Translations under genes and position numbers: made by a program
In this document: positions 1 through 6,954 of the stretch, piece after piece
Numbering within the stretch: the stretch's first letter is position 1
Layout of the letters: each line of letters opens with the position of its first letter
Assembly: GCA_038153405.1 (NCBI GenBank)
Contig: JAYOYH010000013.1
Location: 44,334 to 108,333, forward strand
Direction: 5' to 3'
Length of the DNA: 64,000 nucleotides
Source: Gemmatimonadota bacterium
GTDB taxonomy: Bacteria > Latescibacterota > UBA2968 > UBA8231
Notes under the pieces: generated by a model
The model's input: only the letters and a program-made list of their open reading frames with translations
What the model was told of the DNA's origin: nothing
Databases searched by the model: none

Positions 1-347
1 CAGTTGGTCAATTCCTGCGAGGCATAGCCGCGCAGGGGATCTACGTCGACCTGGCGGTTTTCCGACACGACGAGTTCCAAGAGCGTCTTGCGGTGTTTTT
101 CTAATGCTGTGGTCGCCGTGCGGACGACCATGCCAGCCGTCGCCTTGGTCGTGCAGGAAGCGACGGGATTGCGCACTCCTTCCACCTCAACCACGCACAG
201 CCTGCACGAGCCAAAGGGTTCGAGGCGCGGATCGTAGCACAGCGTCGGGATAGTGCTGTGCGCGCGTTGTGCAATCTCGTAAAGGGTTTCGCCCGGGCTA
301 AAGGCGACCTCTGCGCCGTCCAAGGTAATGGTTGACGTATCGCTCAT
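1..347 (-). CDS. Partial (5' end) NuoG/FdsA-like subunit, probably NAD-dependent formate dehydrogenase alpha subunit or a related molybdopterin oxidoreductase; runs off the window
   Basis: Manual translation from ATG at 347: MSDTSTITLDGAEVAFSPGETLYEIAQRAHSTIPTLCYDPRLEPFGSCRLCVVEVEGVRNPVASC..., a Fer2_4-type [2Fe-2S] motif; lies 8 nt downstream of the NuoEF-like gene. Confidence 0.8.
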   Translation of the reverse strand, partial: MSDTSTITLDGAEVAFSPGETLYEIAQRAHSTIPTLCYDPRLEPFGSCRLCVVEVEGVRNPVASCTTKATAGMVVRTATTALEKHRKTLLELVVSENRQVDVDPLRGYASQELTN

Positions 348-355
348 GACAAAGC

Positions 356-2035
356 CTATGGTTGCGCCAGATGGCGTTTGATCTGCTCGGGAAAGTGCGT
401 TAGCAAGCTGCGGGTTATATGGGGGGCGGCCGCGCCGAGTCCGCAGGCGCTAGTGGCCATCATGGTTGCGCCTATGTCTTCGACCTCATCGCGCCAGGCG
501 GCCAGATCGGTAAGTGGCGCAGTGGGACTGAGGCGTTCGGCAAGGCGCTGCGTGCCAATGCGGCAGGGAAAGCACTTGCCGCACGATTCCTCGGCAAAAA
601 AGTGCATGGCCTGGTGGGCGATCTCGACCATATTGCGGCTGTCGTCAAAGACCATGATGCCGCCAGCACCCAGAAAGGATCCGTGCGCGCGAATGGAGGG
701 ATCGTCCAGCGTGGCGTTGAGGCCGTCGCCGGCTAGGAAACCGCCCGACAATCCGGCCATGGTCACGGCTTGGATGCGCCGTCCCTCGAGCGGACCGCCG
801 GCCCAATCGCACAGCAGCGTTTGCAGCGGCAGGCCCAGCGGCACTTCGTAATTGCCTGGCTGCTGCACGTCGCCCGAGAGGCTGATGAGCTTGGTGCCGG
901 CAAAGTCGCCCAGACCCAGTGACTGGTACCAGGCGGCCCCGTGCACGACAATGGGCGCGACGGCGGCCAGCGTCTCGACGTTGTTTACGGCGGTGGGCTG
1001 GTCGTTAAAGCCGTGCGTGACCGGAAAAGGGGGGCGGTTGCGCGGGTAGGGATGTTTTCCCTCCAGGCTGTTGAGCAGGGAGCCTTCCTCGCCGCATATA
1101 TAGGCGCCGGCGCCGCGGCGCAGGTGGATATCGAAGGGTACGTCGGTTCCGCCGATATGGCGTCCGAGGAAGCCTTCGGCGCGCGCTTCATCCAGCGCCG
1201 TTGCCAATCGCCGTGCCGTTTCTGGATACTCGTAGCGCAGGTAGATAAAGCCGAGTTCCGCGCCCGTGGCGTAGGCGGCCAAGATCATTCCTTCGATAAC
1301 GGCATGGGGGTCGTAGTCGAGCAGCACGCGGTCTTTAAAACAGCCGGGCTCGCCCTCATCGGCATTGCACACGACGACCTTGGGGCCGCCGGGTGCCTCG
1401 GCTACGGCGCGCCACTTTTGCGCGGTGGGAAAGCCGGCTCCGCCGCGTCCGGCTAGTTGACTATCGCCGACGAGTTGGATGAGCGCCTGCGGACTATCTT
1501 GCAGGGCCTTGCCTAAGGCCAGGTAGCCGCCCGTGCGCCGGTAGCCTTCCATGGTATTGCGCTCTCCGTCGCGAATGTGGGCAAATAGACATTCTTCGCG
1601 GCCGCCGGGATTGGCCACGGGCAGGGCCGAGGGTTGGAGGGTGAGTGGGTCACCGGGTGCCGCTGTGTGTAGCCGATGGCCGATGAGCACGGGAATGGGC
1701 TGGTCGCAGCGGCCGGCACAGGGCATCTCGCTGGCCCCCTCCAATTGGGCTAGCAGTTGGTGCGCTCCGCGCTGACAGCAGATGGGGCCCGTGCAAACGC
1801 GCGGGGCCTGCTGGCCGGGGGGCTGTCGCGAGAAGTGATGGTAGAATGTGACCGTGGCATAGAGGTCGGCCAGGGGCGTGCGCAGCGCGCGCGCGATGGT
1901 GCGCAGCGCCTCATCGCTAAGGTAGCCATCTCGGTCGTGGAAGGCGTGCAGGACGCCGAGCAGAGGAGCCGGCTGATCCTTCCATTGGGCGATGAGGGCG
2001 TCGTCGGATATTGCCGGGTTTTGTTCATTGGACAT
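356..2035 (-). CDS. Fused NuoE-NuoF (FdsG/FdsB-like) diaphorase subunit
   Basis: N-terminal NuoE features (TFYHHF, CTGPIC...CAGRC); NuoF motifs GRGGAGFP, NADEGEPG, GAGAYICGEE, NNVETL and the [4Fe-4S] motif CGKCFPC...CGLG. Start set at MSNEQ (2035). Confidence 0.9.
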   Translation of the reverse strand: MSNEQNPAISDDALIAQWKDQPAPLLGVLHAFHDRDGYLSDEALRTIARALRTPLADLYATVTFYHHFSRQPPGQQAPRVCTGPICCQRGAHQLLAQLEGASEMPCAGRCDQPIPVLIGHRLHTAAPGDPLTLQPSALPVANPGGREECLFAHIRDGERNTMEGYRRTGGYLALGKALQDSPQALIQLVGDSQLAGRGGAGFPTAQKWRAVAEAPGGPKVVVCNADEGEPGCFKDRVLLDYDPHAVIEGMILAAYATGAELGFIYLRYEYPETARRLATALDEARAEGFLGRHIGGTDVPFDIHLRRGAGAYICGEEGSLLNSLEGKHPYPRNRPPFPVTHGFNDQPTAVNNVETLAAVAPIVVHGAAWYQSLGLGDFAGTKLISLSGDVQQPGNYEVPLGLPLQTLLCDWAGGPLEGRRIQAVTMAGLSGGFLAGDGLNATLDDPSIRAHGSFLGAGGIMVFDDSRNMVEIAHQAMHFFAEESCGKCFPCRIGTQRLAERLSPTAPLTDLAAWRDEVEDIGATMMATSACGLGAAAPHITRSLLTHFPEQIKRHLAQP

Positions 2036-2140
2036 AGTGTAATTAATATCAACGGGCCGCATCTGGTCAAGTCGTTTGATGGCGCGGCCGTATGATCGTA
2101 GATTGTGCAGTCACCACCGGTCAAATCGCGGAGAGCACGC

Positions 2141-3340
2141 ATGGGCGAGCGCAAAAAAATAGCGGCGATAATCACGACGTACTATCCCTTTTCACATGCA
2201 GATGTAATCGTATCCAAGTTCCTCAAGGGGTTTCCCACCGACGAAGGCCTCGAGGCGCCGCTGGTCGATATCGCATCCTTTTACATGGACCAAGTGCACG
2301 AGCGCGACGTGGGGCTAGCGCTGGCCGAAGAATACGGCATTCCGCGCTACGGCAGCATTGTGGCGGCGCTGTGTCTGGGGGGGAAGGAACTGGCCGTCGA
2401 CGGTGTATTGGTCATCGGCGAGCACGGCGATTACGCTTGGAATGAAAAGGAGCAACACCTCTACCCGCGCCGCTACTTTTTCGAGCAGATTTGCGGCGTA
2501 TTCGCCGCGTCGGGTCGTTCGGTGCCGGTTTTTTCTGACAAGCACCTGTCGTGGAACTGGGAGCATGCGCGTTGGATGTACGACCGCGCGCGCCATTTAG
2601 ACGTGCCTTTTATGGCCGGATCCTCGCTGCCGCTGTGCTACCGCCGTCCCTGGCTCGAACACGCGCTCGAAACGCCAATGGAAGAGGCCCTCTCCATCGC
2701 CTATGGTGGACTCGACTCGTACGGCTTTCACGGGCTTGAAACGCTGCAGTGCATGGTCGAGCGCCGCGCTGGCGGCGAAACGGGAATCGCCGCCGTGCAG
2801 TGTCTGGAAGGGGATGCCGTGTGGCAGGCCTGTGACGATGGGCTGTGGTCGGGGGAACTGGCCGAGGCCGCCCTGGCCCACATCGAGCCAAAGGGAGAGG
2901 GCGGTCTGCGTGAGAACAGCGATCGCGCCGCCGTTTTCCTGCTCGAATACGCCGATGGGTTTAAGGCTGCAACGCTGATGGCCAATGGCTTTAGCGGTTG
3001 GCTCAGGGGATGGGGATACGCCGCTCGCGTGCAGGGACAGGTGCACTCGTGTGAGTTCTATCTGCACGGCGACCCGCATCCGCACTTTACCTTTTTGGGC
3101 TTGAACGCGCAGGACTTATTTATCACCGGCGAGCCGACCTATCCGGTTGAGCGCACGCTGTTGGTCAGCGGCGCGCTCGATGCGCTGCTCGACTCGCGCC
3201 ACCGGGGACACGTGCGGGTCGAGACGCCTCATCTCGACGTGGCCTATCGCTCGTACGAGCGACTGCCGCGCCGGGCGATGATTGAGCGGCCAACCGGGCC
3301 TGCTACTGTGCCGTGGCGACCGGAATTGGCCAAGAAATAG
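2141..3340 (+). CDS. Conserved hypothetical protein, possibly a divergent Gfo/Idh/MocA-like oxidoreductase
   Basis: Long ORF with protein-like composition; DGVLVIGEHGDY, VFSDKHLS, MAGSSLP and YGFHGLE segments resemble a family I recall from Planctomycetes/Poribacteria-type genomes; ATG at 2141 after GGAGAG. Confidence 0.6.
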   Translation: MGERKKIAAIITTYYPFSHADVIVSKFLKGFPTDEGLEAPLVDIASFYMDQVHERDVGLALAEEYGIPRYGSIVAALCLGGKELAVDGVLVIGEHGDYAWNEKEQHLYPRRYFFEQICGVFAASGRSVPVFSDKHLSWNWEHARWMYDRARHLDVPFMAGSSLPLCYRRPWLEHALETPMEEALSIAYGGLDSYGFHGLETLQCMVERRAGGETGIAAVQCLEGDAVWQACDDGLWSGELAEAALAHIEPKGEGGLRENSDRAAVFLLEYADGFKAATLMANGFSGWLRGWGYAARVQGQVHSCEFYLHGDPHPHFTFLGLNAQDLFITGEPTYPVERTLLVSGALDALLDSRHRGHVRVETPHLDVAYRSYERLPRRAMIERPTGPATVPWRPELAKK

Positions 3341-3391
3341 AGGGATGTGAACCACGTCGTTTGGCAACGACACTAACTCGGGAGCAACGAT

Positions 3392-3937
3392 ATGGCAGAC
3401 GTATTAATTGTGGGCGATGGCCCGGCCGGTTTAAGCGCGGCGCTCTTCTTGGCCAAGAACGAGATGAGCGTTAAAGTGTTTGGCCTAGACAAGACCTTGA
3501 TGCACAAGGCGATGGTCTTCAACTATCTGGGCATCCCGGAGATCACCGGCAGCCAGTTCCAGAAGATTGGTCGGCAGCAGGTGCAGCACTTCGGTGGGGC
3601 GTTGCTCGATGTCGAAGTGGATAGCGTGGAAAAAGTCGATGGGGGCTTCACCCTGCGTGCGGCGGACGGAACGGAGCACGAGGGGGCTTATTTGATTCTG
3701 GCCACGGGTCCGAGCAATCCGCTGGCCGAAAGCCTCGGCATCGAAAAGGGCGCAGAGGGCATGGTATCGGATCGCAATGGCCGCACCGCCATTGATGGAC
3801 TCTATGTAGTAGGGTGGAGCTCGCGCCTGAAGAAAATACAGGCCGTGATTTCGGCCGGCGATGGCGCCTGCGCCGCGCTAGATATTCTATCGGCCCGCGC
3901 TGGCGAAGATATGCATGATTTTGACGTGATCGAATAA
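3392..3937 (+). CDS. Short FAD-dependent oxidoreductase (thioredoxin-reductase-like, FAD domain only)
   Basis: VLIVGDGPAGLSAA dinucleotide motif, LILATG, T-x-I-D-G-L-Y-V-V-G, QAVISAGDG; no NADPH domain or CxxC. Confidence 0.8.
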   Translation: MADVLIVGDGPAGLSAALFLAKNEMSVKVFGLDKTLMHKAMVFNYLGIPEITGSQFQKIGRQQVQHFGGALLDVEVDSVEKVDGGFTLRAADGTEHEGAYLILATGPSNPLAESLGIEKGAEGMVSDRNGRTAIDGLYVVGWSSRLKKIQAVISAGDGACAALDILSARAGEDMHDFDVIE

Positions 3938-3994
3938 AAAATGGCATTCCTCCACGGACTCGGCCTTTTGGGCTTTGGCCGCGAAGGAATGCCA
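3936..3994 (-). terminator. Intrinsic terminator hairpin (minus strand)
   Basis: UGGCAUUCCUUCGCGG / CCGUGGAGGAAUGCCA followed by UUUUUU on the minus strand. Confidence 0.7.
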
Positions 3995-4015
3995 AGCGGG
4001 TAACACTCAGAGTTG
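3936..4015 (-). ncRNA. Candidate sigma54-dependent small RNA (~80 nt)
   Basis: Starts ~12 nt downstream of the -24/-12 promoter (4026-4042); ~21-nt single-stranded 5' part, 16-bp stem (3942-3957/3979-3994; two G-U pairs form only on the minus strand) and a U6 tail; no credible ORF. Confidence 0.6.
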
Positions 4016-4025
4016 CCTGTGAATT

Positions 4026-4042
4026 AGCAAGGCTCGTGCCAG
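4026..4042 (-). promoter_or_regulatory. sigma54 (-24/-12) promoter
   Basis: Minus strand CTGGCACGAGCCTTGCT matches the consensus YTGGCACG-N4-TTGCW. Confidence 0.8.
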
Positions 4043-4069
4043 CGCATAGAGCCGGCGTTGTGAATTTCC

Positions 4070-4082
4070 TAAATTCTTGATT
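4070..4082 (-). promoter_or_regulatory. IHF binding site
   Basis: Minus strand AATCAAGAATTTA matches WATCAANNNNTTR, with an adjacent A/T tract; typical position between a sigma54 promoter and its enhancer. Confidence 0.6.
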
Positions 4083-4095
4083 TTATTTGTTTTAT

Positions 4096-4141
4096 AAAAA
4101 TAGCGACGTTCTCTTTGCGCATGGAGAACGTCGCTATTTTT
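4096..4141. repeat. 18-bp perfect inverted repeat (bidirectional terminator-like hairpin or enhancer-protein site)
   Basis: AAAAATAGCGACGTTCTC-N10-GAGAACGTCGCTATTTTT. Confidence 0.75.
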
Positions 4142-4173
4142 TCTCTATGCGGTTGAATGTAGGGAGAATTTAT

Positions 4174-4207
4174 CCCCATTGCCTGCGCTGCCGTAGAGGC
4201 AATGGGG
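4174..4207. repeat. 11-bp inverted repeat
   Basis: CCCCATTGCCT-N12-AGGCAATGGGG. Confidence 0.65.
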
Positions 4208-4242
4208 CGGGGACGGACGATTGCCGAATGCCTCGTAAGTTG

Positions 4243-4272
4243 TTGACTTTTTAGAGTCGTAAGCATTATATT
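4243..4272 (+). promoter_or_regulatory. Putative sigma70 promoter
   Basis: TTGACT-N18-TATATT upstream of the ATG at 4310. Confidence 0.4.
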
Positions 4273-4309
4273 GCGATCAGTTCCTGTTCTTTCAGATGGG
4301 TGTGCAGCT

Positions 4310-4627
4310 ATGATCTGGACGATGTTAGCCATGCTCTGCGTGGTGGCTACGAAATTCCTCACCTCCGTGCGTCTGCGCGGGCTGCGGGCTAAGTTCGAAT
4401 CGATTCAACCTGAGATCGATGATCTGCGCCTTAAAGTGTCCCAGACCGAAGAGGAAATGGAAGCGCTGCGGTTGAAGGTTGAAGAACGAGAACAACTGCT
4501 CACCAACTTGGGCGATGTGGTGCGTGTTCTCGAAGATAGTTTGAAGCGGCCCATCACCGATGTCGACACGCAGGATCGCGTGCAACTTGTGGAGTCTACC
4601 GTCGTTGAAGAAGGGGCCGGTGTCTGA
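4310..4627 (+). CDS. Small membrane-anchored coiled-coil hypothetical protein
   Basis: Hydrophobic N-terminus (MIWTMLAMLCVVA) followed by an E/L-rich heptad pattern; ends before a terminator. Confidence 0.65.
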   Translation: MIWTMLAMLCVVATKFLTSVRLRGLRAKFESIQPEIDDLRLKVSQTEEEMEALRLKVEEREQLLTNLGDVVRVLEDSLKRPITDVDTQDRVQLVESTVVEEGAGV

Positions 4628-4653
4628 GCAGCCCGTTGTCGTCTCCATTAATC

Positions 4654-4687
4654 GCCTGTTCGCCGTGTAGCGAGCAGGTTTTTTTTT
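4654..4687 (+). terminator. Rho-independent terminator
   Basis: GCCTGTTCGC-N6-GCGAGCAGGT followed by a T run. Confidence 0.75.
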
Positions 4688-4706
4688 ACGCGTTTTCAAA
4701 CGATAT

Positions 4707-5459
4707 ATGGCAGAACAGCATACCAGCGCCATGGGTAGACTGCGCGACTACAAATCGCATTATGCAGCGGATGCCGAAGCGATTGTCGATCCGCAGGCGC
4801 TCAATCCCCACTGGCACGCCTCCGAACGGCGGCGCTTACAGCTGCTGGTTCGCCTAGCGCGCCTAGAAGCAGGACAGCGCCTACTGGATATCGGTTGTGG
4901 TTCGGGTTGGCTGGCCGATCAATTTCGCTGCGCTGGGGCCGCCGTTACCGCCGTGGACATCGGCCTAAAAGGCGTGCGCGGTGCTAGGGCGCGCTTTCCG
5001 CAGAGCGCTGTCTATCACGTGGGCGATCTGTATCACCTGCCCTATGCCAACGGGCACTTTGACGCGCTCGTATTATCGGAGGTCGTCGAACACCTCGAGG
5101 ACATACCGGCCGCCCTTGGCGAAGCGGCGCGCGTGCTCAGGCCAGGCGGTCGCATGCTCATCAGCGTGCCCTATCGCGAAAAGGTCGTCGAACATCTGTG
5201 TATACACTGCAATCAGCTGACGCCGGCCAATGCCCATCTGCATAGCTTTGATCGCGAGGTGCTGACTTCGCTGTGTCGCGGTGCGGGCTTCGACGTGGTC
5301 GAGACCCGCCTGTTGGCCAACAAGCTGTCGGAGTTGGCGGGATTTCCGCTCCTTAGCGCGCGCTGGCCCTATGCCGGCTGGCGCGCTGTCGACGCCCTGC
5401 TCAATCGCCTGTTACCCAAGCCCTCCTTTATGGCGATGCTGGCGCATAAGCAATCCTAG
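4707..5459 (+). CDS. Class I SAM-dependent methyltransferase
   Basis: LLDIGCGSGW motif I, FDALVLSEVVEHL, RVLRPGG; extra CIHC...HLH segment. Confidence 0.9.
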   Translation: MAEQHTSAMGRLRDYKSHYAADAEAIVDPQALNPHWHASERRRLQLLVRLARLEAGQRLLDIGCGSGWLADQFRCAGAAVTAVDIGLKGVRGARARFPQSAVYHVGDLYHLPYANGHFDALVLSEVVEHLEDIPAALGEAARVLRPGGRMLISVPYREKVVEHLCIHCNQLTPANAHLHSFDREVLTSLCRGAGFDVVETRLLANKLSELAGFPLLSARWPYAGWRAVDALLNRLLPKPSFMAMLAHKQS

Positions 5460-5460
5460 C

Positions 5461-6954
5461 ATGGGGCGGCTGACCCGCAAGGTGGGTATCGTCGCGCTGG
5501 GCAGGGCGGCCAATGCCTTGGCCATGTATGCCATGTATGCGCTGGCGGCGCGCACGTGGGACAAGGCCCAGTGCGAGGTCTTCGCGGCTATGTGGGTGTT
5601 GAGCAACGCGCTCGTGCCCATTTTTTCGCTGGGTTTGCCCACTGCCGTTCTCTATTTCTTTCCCCGACGAGAGGATGTGCGCAGATTGGCGCTGCAGGGA
5701 GGGAGCATCGCCCTGCTGTCGGCGCTGGTTCTGGGAGGAGTCCTCTATGCGCTAGGCCTGTCGCTGCTGTCGGTTCTGCACGGCGAGGACGGCTTGCCAG
5801 CGGGCATGGAGGAGCCGCTGACGGTGTTTATTCCCTACGCGATGGCGCTGGTCGCTACAGGGGTGTGCGATGCGCTGTTGGTGGCCGCTGAGCGGGCCCA
5901 ATGGCAAGCGCTGCTGAGCCTGGGCACGGCGCTGGGGTTGGTTGGCGCCGCGGGGTTGGGCTTGTTGGTGGGCCTGTCGCCCGAGCAGGTCTTGGCGCTG
6001 GTATCGCTGGTGGGCTTGCTGCGTCTGGCAATGGGGTACGTGCTGGTTTACCGGGCGCTGGGCGCTGGGCGCTGGAGCGCGGGCGAGGGGTGGTCCGCGC
6101 TGCTGGCCTACAGTCGTCCTATCGCCCTGAACGATGCGGTCGGCGCGCTATCGCGCTCTGTCGATCGCATGGTCATCCTCTATTTTTTTACCCACGAAAC
6201 CTTTGCTGAATACCATTTTGGCGCCGTAGAAGTGCCGATTAGCCTCCTGCTGGCCGCCGTCGTTTCGGTGCTGGTGCCGGAGGTCAGCCAGCTCTATCAG
6301 CGCGGTCAGATGCAGGCCATCGCGCGGCTGTGGCGCCAGGCTGTTTCGCGCCTAGCGCTGGTGGCGTTGCCGCTGTTCTGCTTTCTCTTCGCCTTTGCCG
6401 ACCTCTTTATCGGCTGGTATCTGCCGGCAGGATACGAAGCCTCGACGTGGGTTTTCCGCATCTTTCTCCTGTCGCTGCCCCTGCGCTGTGCCATCTATAA
6501 TCCGCTGTTGGTGGGCATGGGCAAGGCTTCGTGGGCTCTGTGGGGAAGTTTAGGGGATTTAGTCCTCAACGGCGCGCTGAGCGTTGGGTTGGTCTTCTGG
6601 CTGCAGGGGCACTGGGCGCAGTGGGCGTTTTTAGGGCCGGCGCTGGCCACGGTTATGGCGACGTATCTCCAAGTCATCTTTTTGGTGGGGGCTATTGGAG
6701 TGCACCTGCGCTGGTCCTGGTCTGAACTGCTGCCGTGGTGGGAGCTGTTTCACCTCGCCTTGGCTGGTGCGTTGGCCGCCGCGCTGGCCCGCTGGGTCGT
6801 TCAGGGGAGCGATGTGGCGGCATGGGGCCAGCTGTTCTTGGGCGGTGTTTTGTTCGCGATCTCGCTGAGCGCCGTGCTCTGCTGCAGTCGCACACAGCGG
6901 CAAGCGCTACGCGCCCTATATGTGTCTATTGCCGGTGTGCGAGGGGAGCGATGA
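5461..6954 (+). CDS. Oligosaccharide flippase (Wzx/MOP family)
   Basis: About 12-14 hydrophobic segments, SLGLPTAVLYF, VDRMVI, VLVPEVS pattern; ATG at 5461 immediately after the methyltransferase. Confidence 0.8.
   Translation: MGRLTRKVGIVALGRAANALAMYAMYALAARTWDKAQCEVFAAMWVLSNALVPIFSLGLPTAVLYFFPRREDVRRLALQGGSIALLSALVLGGVLYALGLSLLSVLHGEDGLPAGMEEPLTVFIPYAMALVATGVCDALLVAAERAQWQALLSLGTALGLVGAAGLGLLVGLSPEQVLALVSLVGLLRLAMGYVLVYRALGAGRWSAGEGWSALLAYSRPIALNDAVGALSRSVDRMVILYFFTHETFAEYHFGAVEVPISLLLAAVVSVLVPEVSQLYQRGQMQAIARLWRQAVSRLALVALPLFCFLFAFADLFIGWYLPAGYEASTWVFRIFLLSLPLRCAIYNPLLVGMGKASWALWGSLGDLVLNGALSVGLVFWLQGHWAQWAFLGPALATVMATYLQVIFLVGAIGVHLRWSWSELLPWWELFHLALAGALAAALARWVVQGSDVAAWGQLFLGGVLFAISLSAVLCCSRTQRQALRALYVSIAGVRGER

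Noticed and set aside
3648..3995. 115-aa minus-strand ORF downstream of the sigma54 promoter
   Set aside because: TTG start without RBS, runs through the terminator hairpin and lies antisense to the oxidoreductase; composition not protein-like
4069..4362. 97-aa minus-strand ORF across the intergenic region
   Set aside because: Overlaps regulatory palindromes and the start of the plus-strand gene; no recognisable motifs
5281..5460. N-terminal extensions in the ORF track (flippase here; also TMTC 6735, ung 26175, LDT 59823)
   Set aside because: They overlap upstream genes extensively; better downstream starts exist
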